From a bacterium (lineage in GTDB: Bacteria; Patescibacteriota; Minisyncoccia; Phycocordibacterales; Phycocordibacteraceae), in the NCBI GenBank assembly GCA_027311385.1, contig DAICZA010000001.1, positions 5,271 to 69,270 of the forward strand: DNA of 64,000 nt, given 5' to 3'. The position numbers were made by a program, and so were the translations under genes. Every line of letters begins with the position of its first letter. Within the stretch, counting starts at the first letter, position 1. The notes beneath the pieces were generated by a model, which saw nothing but the letters and a program-made list of their open reading frames with translations, was not told where the DNA came from and made no database searches. Below, piece after piece: positions 38,372-47,449 of the stretch.

Positions 38372-38638
38372 CTATTGCGTCCAACCGCTCATCATCCCGT
38401 AGCCGTAGCCACCGTAGCCGTTTCCATAACTTCCGTGGAGCATCCCGCGCAGTTCGCCGAACTGCACGCCGCACCAGAAGATGAAGATGGCGACCAGAAT
38501 CTTGATGGCAATATGCGCCCAGTGATGGCGTCCGTGCCAGCAGTGGCCGCAGTGGCCGCACCCTTCCCGCCCCTCTCTCATTTCTTTTGTCTCCGTATCC
38601 ATATGCTTTGTATTACAGAATATAGGGTCAGTATACAC
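38372..38638 (-). CDS. small Cys/His-rich membrane protein with GYG-rich tail
   Basis: CGHCGHCWHGRHHWAH then TM helix then YGNGYGGYGYG; the true start may be MDTETKE. Confidence 0.3.
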   Translation of the reverse strand: MYTDPIFCNTKHMDTETKEMREGREGCGHCGHCWHGRHHWAHIAIKILVAIFIFWCGVQFGELRGMLHGSYGNGYGGYGYGMMSGWTQ

Positions 38639-38901
38639 GATGAACGCCTATCAAATAAAGCTCCAACTGTCCATCCTTAAGGAGGATGACGATGCTGTCT
38701 GGGTATGTATGCTCTCCCGCTAAAGGTTACGCCGGTACTGGAAGACGTGGGGAGTATTGAACCCCCGCTACTGCCCCCGCCAGACGAGGAGAATAAACAG
38801 TACACTCCATCCGAAAACGGTACGCATAACTTTCTTTTATCGTAGCATAAGGTGGATGTCATTTTCTCTTTCTCCCGCGCAACGGTATACTGCCGACCAC
38901 C

Positions 38902-39765
38902 ATGACCCCGCGTGCCCGCCCTCCCCTTGTCCTGACTATTTCCGCCCTCGCCGTGCTGGCGGGAATGCTCCTTGTGCTTCAAGGAAGAACGGCGCCTGCC
39001 GTCCGACCGTCTCCAGGCAACGAAACACTCTATGCCGAACTCCCAATACACGCGACGCAAACGGTCCCTCCCGCGACGGCGTCCACAACGGAGGTTGCCC
39101 TGCCGATTTTGGTCTACCACATCGTCCGGCCGAGCTACCCGAGCGACAGCGCGGCCGTGCGGGCGCTCGCCCAGACGCCGGAAGTCTTTGACGCACAGAT
39201 GCAGTACCTGAAAGACGCCGGCTACCACGTCGTATCGTTTGGCGCGCTTGAGAACTATTTCCGCGACGGCACCCCGCTCCCTGCTAAACCGGTCATCATT
39301 TCGTTTGACGACGGCTGGGGCGACCAGTTCAACTACGCCTTCCCCATTCTGGAGAAGTACCAGTACACGGCGACCTTCTTCGTCTTCACAAACCCGATAG
39401 GCAAGGGCGGCTTTATGACCTGGGACGACTTGCGGACGCTCGTGAAGGCCGGTATGACCATCGGCAGCCATTCGCGCTCGCATCCATACCTGACGAAAAT
39501 CACCGACCCCGCCGTCCTCTGGAACGAAATAGACGGAAGCAAGAAGCTCCTGGAACAGAACCTCGGCATCACGGTCAACGAATTCGCCTATCCGTTCGGG
39601 CAGTACAATGCGACGACCACGGCGCTCGTGCGGCAGGCCGGCTACCGCTCCGCCCGCGGCGACTTCTACACCGGCAAACAGTTCTCCAACCGGCTCTATA
39701 TGCTAAGCGCGCTGAATGCGCCTACGACGCTGGCGCAGTTTGAGCGGCGGTTCCCTGCTCAATGA
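38902..39765 (+). CDS. polysaccharide deacetylase (CE4/NodB homology domain)
   Basis: ISFDDGW (motif 1), HSRSHP (motif 2); signal/TM at N-terminus. Confidence 0.85.
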   Translation: MTPRARPPLVLTISALAVLAGMLLVLQGRTAPAVRPSPGNETLYAELPIHATQTVPPATASTTEVALPILVYHIVRPSYPSDSAAVRALAQTPEVFDAQMQYLKDAGYHVVSFGALENYFRDGTPLPAKPVIISFDDGWGDQFNYAFPILEKYQYTATFFVFTNPIGKGGFMTWDDLRTLVKAGMTIGSHSRSHPYLTKITDPAVLWNEIDGSKKLLEQNLGITVNEFAYPFGQYNATTTALVRQAGYRSARGDFYTGKQFSNRLYMLSALNAPTTLAQFERRFPAQ

Positions 39766-40414
39766 GTTCCCAATCGCGCGGGAAAAGATGCCGGGCGATG
39801 TTGAATATGCCGTACGCCATAAACGGCGCCGCAAACACGTCAATGGAATAATGGATGTGCGCAAGCAACACCGCCACGCCGAAGACGAACGACAGCACGA
39901 AGAAGATGATGCGCGCCAGCCGTTCCCGCCAGAAAATAAGCGCCATCAGAAACGGCAAGGCGGTGTGTCCAGAAAAGAAGAAGCCGGTCTGGAAATTGAG
40001 ATAGAGATAGATACCGTCAAAGATGCCCGCACCCGGGTTGATATTGCCCGGGTAAATGCCGACGTGCGTCAGCGAGACGAACAAGGCGCGAATGGCGATG
40101 AAAAGCGCGACCGCCTTGAGACTGAAGAGGACGTGGCGCGGGCGCAGGAGCACGAAGAGCGACCCCGCGAGGATGCTGATGAGCGCGCCTTCCACAATGA
40201 TGAAATTCAGGTTCACCACCGGCAAATTATCCAGGAGCAAGTCTCCCACGTAGGTAGAGGTCGGCCGGAGCGAATACGCGAGCTCATACAAATTGGCGAA
40301 ATGCTCGGCGACAAACGCGCCGGCAAGCAGGAGGAGAGCGCCGAGGAGCGAGTACCGGTACGCCGGACCGAATATATCTCGCAGGGTGAAAGCATCAGTG
40401 TGTCGTGTCTCCAT
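39722..40414 (-). CDS. integral membrane protein, PAP2-superfamily-like
   Basis: SGHTALPF and HIHYSIDV resemble PAP2 motifs 2-3; 6 TM segments; start at METRHT. Confidence 0.4.
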   Translation of the reverse strand: METRHTDAFTLRDIFGPAYRYSLLGALLLLAGAFVAEHFANLYELAYSLRPTSTYVGDLLLDNLPVVNLNFIIVEGALISILAGSLFVLLRPRHVLFSLKAVALFIAIRALFVSLTHVGIYPGNINPGAGIFDGIYLYLNFQTGFFFSGHTALPFLMALIFWRERLARIIFFVLSFVFGVAVLLAHIHYSIDVFAAPFMAYGIFNIARHLFPRDWELIEQGTAAQTAPAS

Positions 40415-40593
40415 AGCGGCCGATGATAGTACGAAGTGTAGCAGACCGGCGGACGCGAACGGCCTGTTGACAAGAAACTGCAGGTCTGCTATTCTGTGTG
40501 CATCAACCAGCGCTGGATCCAAAGAAGTGGGATCGAGCTTCTCTCTTCGGCTACTGATTTGATACCTTAGTCACACACACTATCTACTGCAGT

Positions 40594-40803
40594 ATGCAAA
40601 ACGGTACAGTCATCAAGAAGAACCAGAACGGCTTCGGCTTCATCAAAGTTGATGGAGCCGCGGATGGCGCGAAGGACCTTTTCTTCCACTCTAACGAGCT
40701 CCAGAACATTTCGTTTGACGAGCTCCAGGAGGGAGACAAAGTCTCGTTCACCATCGGCGACAGCCCGAAGGGCCCGAACGCCCTCGGCGTCAGCAAGGTC
40801 TAA
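40594..40803 (+). CDS. cspA: cold-shock protein (CspA family)
   Basis: GTVIKKNQNGFGFIKVDG...LFFHSNEL RNP1/RNP2 motifs. Confidence 0.9.
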   Translation: MQNGTVIKKNQNGFGFIKVDGAADGAKDLFFHSNELQNISFDELQEGDKVSFTIGDSPKGPNALGVSKV

Positions 40804-40818
40804 GCAATTAGATTGAGC

Positions 40819-40852
40819 AGAAATCGCCCCGCGAAAGCGGGGCGATTTCTAT
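40819..40852. terminator. bidirectional terminator (GAAATCGCCCCGC-gaaa-GCGGGGCGATTTC)
   Basis: 13-bp perfect stem with GNRA-like loop. Confidence 0.55.
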
Positions 40853-41253
40853 GTGGTGTAGTGCTTCACGCACCGGCAGCCGTAGGGCTTGATATGCTCG
40901 TCAAAATATTCCTCTCCGTAATCGTAGGTGAACTCTTCCCCCGCTTTGATGCTTTTTATCGCGTCAATGAAAATGCGCCCGCGCTCTATTTCCGGTTCGC
41001 AGTTGGGTGTGCAGGAGTGATTGATGTACCGCGCGATGTTTGAGCGCGCCGCGCCGTCAATGGTCTTGCGGGAGTTCACCTCAAAGAGATACTTGCTCCG
41101 GCTGGTGTACTCCTCGGCCGTGGTGAGCGTCCGGCCGGCGTATTCAATGATGCGCTCCCCTTTTTTGTACGGGCGTGTCGCGAAGAGGCCGAGTCCGGCA
41201 CTCGCTCTCCCCACCCGAACACCGTCGGGGTATGTTAGTTTCTTTCTCGCCAT
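40849..41253 (-). CDS. SET-domain protein (putative protein-lysine methyltransferase)
   Basis: NHSCTPNC, ELxxDYG-like EEFTYDYGEEYF, post-SET Cys (CRCVKH). Confidence 0.75.
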   Translation of the reverse strand: MARKKLTYPDGVRVGRASAGLGLFATRPYKKGERIIEYAGRTLTTAEEYTSRSKYLFEVNSRKTIDGAARSNIARYINHSCTPNCEPEIERGRIFIDAIKSIKAGEEFTYDYGEEYFDEHIKPYGCRCVKHYTT

Positions 41254-41289
41254 ACCGTTTCGTCTCTCCGGTATAGCATTTCTCCGGCG

Positions 41290-41979
41290 CTATTTCCACT
41301 CAATGAGCTTCCCCGCTTTGAGTTCCATAGCATCGGCGCGGCGCACGTAGCGCCAGTTCCCTTTCGGCACGAGGAAATAATGCTTGCGTTCGGCGAGCGC
41401 GTCGGCGACGTTCCAGAGATCCGTCTCGGCGGTGAGCCACGCCGCGCCGATGCGGTCTGCCCCCGACGGGGCGCCGATGCGGTCTGCCCCCGACGGGGCG
41501 CCGATGCGGCGCATATCGAGCGGCTTGGAGTAGCACTCCAGTGTCTTCTCCCGCGTCTCGTTCATAAACCACTCGTGGAAATACGAGAGCGCGAGCTCGC
41601 GCGGCGTCCGGTACACGGGGTCGCGGAAGCGGAGCACGGCGTGATTCGTCTTGCTGATGGCGCCATAGCGCCCGCCGCGCGCATACAGCGCCACGACGTG
41701 GTCCACGTCGCCCTTCCCCATCCGCGACGACAGATTCATGATAATCGGCGGCTCGCCGTGGACCCAGAGCGCGGCGGCGGCAAGCAGAGCGCCCTCAATG
41801 CAGTGCGCCTTCTTCTCGCGCAGGACGCGGCGCGGGGACATATGCGTATCACCGCTCTTCTCCAGATTGAACGGGAGCGTGTCCAGGAAATCCTGAATCT
41901 TCGCCGGCGTAGAGAGCCGCGAGAGCGTCTCATACTCACCGCGATTGAATCCGGATTTGGCGCGAGTGAGATGCTTCAT
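41290..41979 (-). CDS. hypothetical protein (possible Cys/His hydrolase fold) containing a 27-bp tandem repeat
   Basis: Start at the ATG regenerated by element copy 7; KAHCIEGALL...DHVVALY; RIGAPSGAD x2.4. Confidence 0.4.
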   Translation of the reverse strand: MKHLTRAKSGFNRGEYETLSRLSTPAKIQDFLDTLPFNLEKSGDTHMSPRRVLREKKAHCIEGALLAAAALWVHGEPPIIMNLSSRMGKGDVDHVVALYARGGRYGAISKTNHAVLRFRDPVYRTPRELALSYFHEWFMNETREKTLECYSKPLDMRRIGAPSGADRIGAPSGADRIGAAWLTAETDLWNVADALAERKHYFLVPKGNWRYVRRADAMELKAGKLIEWK

Positions 41980-42260
41980 CCCGTTAGAGATAGGAAACGC
42001 TTCAGTCTGTTTTTTAGATATCGTTTCCCCATCCCGGTTTTTAGATACGTCTCCCGAGCCGTTGCGTCGTTTAGATTGCGGCATGCTTCGTAATATACCA
42101 GTTCGTAGGGGCGGTGGCGTTTCGTCCACCCGCGTGGGGCTGTCTGGTGCTGGCTGAAGCGTTTCCGTAAATCATTCGTGACACCGGTGTACCAATAATC
42201 ACTTGTGAGGCTTCTGATGACGTACACATAGCACATGTTGTCATCTCTAACGGGATTCAT
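41976..42260 (-). CDS. GIY-YIG nuclease (UPF0213/YhbQ-like), element-encoded
   Basis: MNPVRDDNMCYVYVIRSLTSDYWYTGVTNDLRKRFSQH...ELVYYEA...; GIY-YIG core with arm-encoded N- and C-terminal extensions (MNPVRDD..., ...FLSLTG). Confidence 0.8.
   Translation of the reverse strand: MNPVRDDNMCYVYVIRSLTSDYWYTGVTNDLRKRFSQHQTAPRGWTKRHRPYELVYYEACRNLNDATARETYLKTGMGKRYLKNRLKRFLSLTG
41977..42260 (-). mobile_element. start-codon palindromic element, full-length copy 7 (284 bp) carrying a GIY-YIG nuclease gene
   Basis: 14-bp perfect terminal inverted repeat ATCCCGTTAGAGAT/ATCTCTAACGGGAT with TSD TGAA. ORF runs from the left ATG to TGA overlapping the host ATG (ATGA). Confidence 0.7.
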
Positions 42261-42278
42261 CCCGAAATGATACCGCAT

Positions 42279-42316
42279 AAAAAGAGCGCGCCCCGAGACG
42301 GGGCGCGCTCTTTTTA
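42279..42316. terminator. bidirectional terminator (AAAAAGAGCGCGCCCCG-aga-CGGGGCGCGCTCTTTTT)
   Basis: 17-bp perfect stem with flanking A5/T5. Confidence 0.55.
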
Positions 42317-42322
42317 TATGTC

Positions 42323-42877
42323 CTAGTATTGAAGCGCGAGCGGGGTACTCGTATCGCCGGTGACGAGCGCCGCGAGCGCGGCCTGCGTCTTAGGAATGCG
42401 GTTGATAGCCACGTACCCGACGACGCGGACCGTGACGCCGCTGCAGACGCCGAGCACTTGTGCCGCGTTCCGCTTCCCCTTATCGGCGGTCGTATAGTCG
42501 GCGTTCGTCGGGAGCAACACGTCAACACGGTCGGTGTAGTGGGCATTCATCGTGTCTGCGATGACGCGATACCCGATGTGCGGCGCGACGACGTCATAGC
42601 CGCAGGTATCTGTGGATGACGCGGACGAGCCGTCAATCTCTATGATGGTGCCGAACGGCAAGGTGCCGGCGAGGTCCGGAGAGCGCGCCGCGACGACTTC
42701 CGGATTGGAATACGCGCCGGAGGCGGTCTCAAGCGGGCTGCTGTCGGTCTGTGCCGGGACGGCATTGTACGCGGTGAGCGTCACCGTATAGCTCGGTACC
42801 ACCGGCACGGCCGCATACGCGGGCGCGGCGCCGCCGGACAAAAGCAAAAACCCCATCAGGGCTGTGAGTGATAGCAT
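42323..42877 (-). CDS. secreted 3D-domain protein (MltA-like lytic transglycosylase domain)
   Basis: Signal peptide; VTLTAYN...SPLETASG...GTIIEIDG...YRVIADTMNAHYTDRVDVLL (three conserved Asp). Confidence 0.65.
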   Translation of the reverse strand: MLSLTALMGFLLLSGGAAPAYAAVPVVPSYTVTLTAYNAVPAQTDSSPLETASGAYSNPEVVAARSPDLAGTLPFGTIIEIDGSSASSTDTCGYDVVAPHIGYRVIADTMNAHYTDRVDVLLPTNADYTTADKGKRNAAQVLGVCSGVTVRVVGYVAINRIPKTQAALAALVTGDTSTPLALQY

Positions 42878-42961
42878 TGGATGTAGTTACCGAAATAGCT
42901 AGGAGCTACCTCGTTATTTTCATCTTAGCATATTGACAATATGCTGTCAATAGGTTGAAAA

Positions 42962-44365
42962 CTAGAATTCCTGGAGATGCGCAAGCACGTTTACGATGAC
43001 CGAGGCCTTAGCGCTGGTGCCGTAGCTGTTCACGCAGTCAATCGCGTACACGGTCTGGGTCGTAATGGAATCAGTTGTGCCTGCGGAACTAAGACCGGTC
43101 TTCGGCCATCCCGTGGATGTGGGGTTTTTGGTAACGGTGCAGGAAGTCGCATCTGCGGATGACCACGCGATTGATACGTTATTCGGTGTCGCCGGATTCA
43201 CGCGCGCGGTACCGGTTTGGCCGTTCACGGTAAATGTCGTGACTGACGGGACGATGACCGTCACCGTCGCATTGGCGGGCGGCGGCGGGCCGTAGGTGCC
43301 GCCGGTGCAGGTGAGCGCGTAGGAGGTGGTGGGAGGACTTGGAGGAACCGTAGCACTTACTCCCGTTGAATTGGAGATTGCACCGCCAGTGTTGAAACCG
43401 CTTCCGCCGGAGCACGATGTCGCACAAGTAGACCCGCCTGGGACCGACCACGTAAGCGTCGTGTTCTGCCCCTGATTCACTGTGCTCGGCGTCGCGGTAA
43501 GCGTGGAGGTGCAGGCCTGAACCGGAACGCCTTGAGTGCCTGTGCCGCTGTCAGTACAAGTAGCGGTCGTACTGCTGTGCGTGATGGTATCGGTTACCGT
43601 AACCGATGCGCTCTTCTGTCCGGCCGTGATGTAGGTTTTCTGGACCGAGGCTGTGGAGCCGGAAAGACCATCAGTACCAGTCCACGAGTAGGTGTATGAA
43701 CCCGACCCGCCCACGGTTGAGGAACTCCACGTGACCGGCTGATTGACGTACGGGCTTGCGGGGGAACCCGTACACGTGGTGACTATCTGGCCGGCGCAAA
43801 TGGCCTGGCTGGAACCGGTCACACCGTACGTGGAACCGTTGGTCGCCGTCCCGCTCGCGCTTATCCACCCTACCGGCGTGGAGCCCCATGCATACCCTGT
43901 CCAGCCGCAGGTCGGGCTCTGCACCATACCGTAGGAAGAGCCGTCGCTCGCGGTGCCCGAAAGCGATATCCAGCCGTCCCAGCCGCCGCTGTTGCCGTCA
44001 AGTGCGCCACTGCAGGCGTTTTTGTTGGCGAATGCCGCACACGCGAGCGCCCAGCCGGTGACTTTCCCGGTTACGAAATTGACTGCGGGAGCAGGGTGCG
44101 AGCCGTCAGATGCATTGAAGCTTATCCAGCCGATATTTGACGACCACGCGTAGCCGGAGAGTGCTCCGCTCACACTATCTTCGGACACGCCGTAGCCCGG
44201 ACCGCTGAAGCTGATCCAGCCCGTGTTTGAGGACCACGCGTAGCCGGAGAGCGACATTGCGGACGCGTTCGCAGTGCCGTGCAGGGTCAGGAGAACCCCG
44301 AGCGCAACAATGACCAGCACCGGCAGAGAGGAGCGGAGGCGGCGGAGCAGTGGCGCAGATGACAT
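42962..44365 (-). CDS. secreted repeat protein (GYAWSSNxGWISF repeats + PKD-like domains)
   Basis: Signal peptide; at least three YAWSxNxGWIS repeats; Thr/Ser-rich PKD-like modules (YTYSWTGTDG...VTVTD). Confidence 0.5.
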   Translation of the reverse strand: MSSAPLLRRLRSSLPVLVIVALGVLLTLHGTANASAMSLSGYAWSSNTGWISFSGPGYGVSEDSVSGALSGYAWSSNIGWISFNASDGSHPAPAVNFVTGKVTGWALACAAFANKNACSGALDGNSGGWDGWISLSGTASDGSSYGMVQSPTCGWTGYAWGSTPVGWISASGTATNGSTYGVTGSSQAICAGQIVTTCTGSPASPYVNQPVTWSSSTVGGSGSYTYSWTGTDGLSGSTASVQKTYITAGQKSASVTVTDTITHSSTTATCTDSGTGTQGVPVQACTSTLTATPSTVNQGQNTTLTWSVPGGSTCATSCSGGSGFNTGGAISNSTGVSATVPPSPPTTSYALTCTGGTYGPPPPANATVTVIVPSVTTFTVNGQTGTARVNPATPNNVSIAWSSADATSCTVTKNPTSTGWPKTGLSSAGTTDSITTQTVYAIDCVNSYGTSAKASVIVNVLAHLQEF

Positions 44366-44366
44366 A

Positions 44367-44666
44367 TTATTTTTTCGGCGTCAGCGATTCCAATACCGCG
44401 TTTGTGTCGGCCGGTGTCGGCGCAGGAGGAGACACCGACGCAGACGTCGTCCCCGCCGCGGGAGCGGGCGTGAGTTCGTTTAGTACCGTCGGCGCAGCCG
44501 GAGTACTCGTCGCGGTGAGTGAGTTAAGCACATCCTGCCGTGCGGGCTGTCGCCCCGAGACAAACGGGAACCAGCCGGCGACCCAGCTCGCCCAAAGCCA
44601 CCCGAGAAGGATAACTACGACGAGCATCAGCACTAAGAGGTACGGTTTTCCGGAGGAAGTTTCCAT
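44367..44666 (-). CDS. hypothetical membrane-anchored Pro/Thr/Ala-rich protein
   Basis: N-terminal TM, low-complexity tail. Confidence 0.3.
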   Translation of the reverse strand: METSSGKPYLLVLMLVVVILLGWLWASWVAGWFPFVSGRQPARQDVLNSLTATSTPAAPTVLNELTPAPAAGTTSASVSPPAPTPADTNAVLESLTPKK

Positions 44667-44735
44667 ATGATTATCCTTTCATACAGTATACCTGGTGGTT
44701 CGGTTTGGCATTTGGATGTTGTGGAGAACGGTTCC

Positions 44736-45323
44736 CTATTTCTTCGCCGGCGGAGGGGTGTTCACGACGGGAGCAGTACCCGTGGTGCTTGCCATGCCAG
44801 TCGGGACGGCCGTCGTCGCCATACCGGTGACCGTGACGGTGGCCGCGTCAAAGGAGGACGCTGTTGAGACGTCCTTGCCGGCGTCAACCGTGACCATATC
44901 GCCCGCCTTGAGGTCGGAGAGCATAATTGTCGTCTGCGTGACGGGCATCGGCATTGGCGGCGGGGTTGCGGTGGTGGACGTAGCGGATTTCTGTACGGCT
45001 TTCTGATATGCCGCCATCTCCTGCTGGAAGACCGTCGGGTCAACCGGTGTACTCTTCACTATCTTGGTGGAGCTTGTCACCGTAACGGTGCGCGTGGCCG
45101 GTGTGGTCACAAACGGATTCGGCGATTGCGGCGTGTTGAGCGTGATGGTGTTGCCGGAGATGCCCTGTATCGTGCCGGAAACGGAGGTCATCGCCATCTG
45201 CGGCGGAAACGCTTCCTTCGCTTTGGTGAGTATTGCCGAGTATTGGTACCCCGCCCCGGCGTAGCCGATGACGCCGCCAATGATGAGCGCAATGATAACG
45301 CTGATGAAAGATGTTTTGGTCAT
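44736..45323 (-). CDS. hypothetical membrane-anchored Thr-rich protein
   Basis: N-terminal TM (FISVIIALIIGGVIGYAG), Thr/Pro-rich. Confidence 0.3.
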   Translation of the reverse strand: MTKTSFISVIIALIIGGVIGYAGAGYQYSAILTKAKEAFPPQMAMTSVSGTIQGISGNTITLNTPQSPNPFVTTPATRTVTVTSSTKIVKSTPVDPTVFQQEMAAYQKAVQKSATSTTATPPPMPMPVTQTTIMLSDLKAGDMVTVDAGKDVSTASSFDAATVTVTGMATTAVPTGMASTTGTAPVVNTPPPAKK

Positions 45324-45380
45324 AGGGCTAGTATATCGTGGTTATTTTTTGTACTGAGGCCGGGCTGTGGAAATGTCCGT

Positions 45381-47405
45381 TCATTTCTTTAATAACTCTT
45401 GGACTTGTTGCTGTAACGCTTCTATTTCTTTCTGTAGAGTGTCAATTGTTTTTTGTTGGGCGTTGATTTTACTATCCAACGCCTGTACGCCTACTAAGGC
45501 GACACCGGCAGGGTCAATGGTTGAAATTGATTTATTATTGTCGCCCAATCCGAAGATTGAGTAGAAATCTTCGGCGACAGGACCGATATGTTTAGCACCT
45601 GTGTCCGTTTTATACACCCATTCGGTAATAGGCAGTTGATCGATTTTGCCTAATATTGATTGCGCGTCAACAGGAGTAAAGTTTTCCTTCAAGTTGCGGC
45701 TGGAACCGTTCACCCAATTGGCACCCGATGTATACTCACCATGGCTTCCCTGAAAATCAACACCTGATGCGCCATAGCCTTGGACGCCAGTCCAGCCGTA
45801 GCCGGATACGCCGATGCCGCCGGAACCGTAGGAGTTGCTACCGCTACCGGCGACGCCAACGATGCCCTCGCCGTAGACTCCGTCCTGGCCGCCCTGGCCG
45901 TGGACGCCATAGCTGGTGCCCCAGCCGTAGGTGCCGGTAAAGCCGCCCTCGCCATAAACGCCATAACCGCCGCTACCATTGCCAGCGATATTGCCGTAGA
46001 CACCATAGGCGGTGCCATTGCCGTAGACGCCATAGCTGCCGCTACCGTAGACACCTTGGCCGGTACCGCTACCATAGACGCCGATAGGACCGCCAGTGCC
46101 GGTTACACCATAACCTCCGGTCGTACTAATACCCGTGACGCCGTTTGTGTTACCAACGACCCGTTGAGCATCGAATTCTCCAGCGTAAGGAGTTGTGATG
46201 TAGCCGGCGTTGTTGGCGAGCTGACTCACATTCGTCAGGTTCCCGGAGGTCCATATCCTCTGCCAACCGCCGGTGAAGCTGTCGCCGTTCTGGATGCGGT
46301 AATAGAAATCACTGGGGTTATAGAAATTGCCGAGAAGCTGGAAGCCGTAGTTGTTCGCCGTGTTGACGTGGCGGAGGTTGAGGAGCGCCCACCAGGAGGT
46401 GTAGGGGACGTTGGTACCGGTATAGCCGTTATAGAATCCGGAAGACAACCAACTGTTTGGATCGCTAATCGACGTCGTCTTGGTGCTGTTGTCGCCGTAG
46501 ACGATGCGCGAGATATCAACACCGCTAAGCGTTGCGGCGTTGCCGCCGCTTGAGGACGGCCAGCTCGTGATGCAGGAGCCGCTGAGGCAGATAGACCCAG
46601 CGACGTCCAGCTTCCCCGCTGGATTCGTCGTCCCGATACCGACATTACCGCTCCCATTGATGTAGAGCCGTGAAGCGCCCCCGTTAGCTTGGAAGAGGTC
46701 AAGGAAATTCCAGAAGCGGAACTGCTCGCCATCGCCGGTTGTATTATGTATCGCATGATTCGTGTCGCCGGGTCCGGCCAGATACAGATAATTTCGCTCT
46801 ACTGATATGTCGCCTGAGACGTCAAGCTTCACTCCCGGGCTATTCGTCCCAATACCGACGTTGCCGCCGGAGAGTGCCAGTGTCGGCGTTCCTTGTGAAC
46901 CGCTAAAGTTCCACGGGAAAAAGCCTAGCGTATTCGTATTCTGGACATACCCCATTTGCCAAACATAATTACCCTGTCGAATAAATGCCAGAAGGGCTTT
47001 AGCTGTATCGGCTGGACGGGTTAAGTTAACCATGCCGTAAGTATTACCGTTATCAATTCCCGAATCGCCGATGCTTAACACCGGCTGAGCAGTTGTACCG
47101 TCTATCTCAAGTTTAGCCCCCGGGCTCACCGTCCCGATGCCCACGTTGCCGGACTGGACGATGAGGCCGTTGGTCGCGCCGCCCGTGTTGAGGAGGAGAC
47201 CGCCGGTCTTCGCCTGCGCGTTTGCGCTCGTGTCAAGCGGCGCGGATGCGTCGCCGTTTGGCGGCGAGGTAGACGGCTGGGTGAAAGCGAACGCCTGGAC
47301 GCCGATAGACAAGAGAACGGCGCCGACGACGAGTGCGATTTGCGAGAGATGATGCCGGAGGTTCATTGCCGCTTTTTTATACTCTCGCAGTATACCCTTC
47401 CTCAA
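45381..47405 (-). CDS. secreted tail-fibre-like protein with C-terminal peptidase-S74 intramolecular chaperone domain
   Basis: Signal peptide; repeated GNVGIGTxxPxxKL(D/E)V motifs; Gly/Tyr-rich GVYG repeat tract; C-terminal NLKENFTPVD...IGPVAEDF...coiled coil, characteristic of tail-fibre chaperone (S74) domains. Confidence 0.65.
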   Translation of the reverse strand: MRKGILREYKKAAMNLRHHLSQIALVVGAVLLSIGVQAFAFTQPSTSPPNGDASAPLDTSANAQAKTGGLLLNTGGATNGLIVQSGNVGIGTVSPGAKLEIDGTTAQPVLSIGDSGIDNGNTYGMVNLTRPADTAKALLAFIRQGNYVWQMGYVQNTNTLGFFPWNFSGSQGTPTLALSGGNVGIGTNSPGVKLDVSGDISVERNYLYLAGPGDTNHAIHNTTGDGEQFRFWNFLDLFQANGGASRLYINGSGNVGIGTTNPAGKLDVAGSICLSGSCITSWPSSSGGNAATLSGVDISRIVYGDNSTKTTSISDPNSWLSSGFYNGYTGTNVPYTSWWALLNLRHVNTANNYGFQLLGNFYNPSDFYYRIQNGDSFTGGWQRIWTSGNLTNVSQLANNAGYITTPYAGEFDAQRVVGNTNGVTGISTTGGYGVTGTGGPIGVYGSGTGQGVYGSGSYGVYGNGTAYGVYGNIAGNGSGGYGVYGEGGFTGTYGWGTSYGVHGQGGQDGVYGEGIVGVAGSGSNSYGSGGIGVSGYGWTGVQGYGASGVDFQGSHGEYTSGANWVNGSSRNLKENFTPVDAQSILGKIDQLPITEWVYKTDTGAKHIGPVAEDFYSIFGLGDNNKSISTIDPAGVALVGVQALDSKINAQQKTIDTLQKEIEALQQQVQELLKK

Positions 47406-47449
47406 GAAACGGGCACCGGGTCAATAGCCGGAAATGTGGATAGCGGACG

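Noticed and set aside
45710-46150. GC-rich periodic tract as a possible DNA-level repeat array
   Set aside because: It is the in-frame coding sequence for the (GVYG)n low-complexity region of the tail-fibre-like protein.
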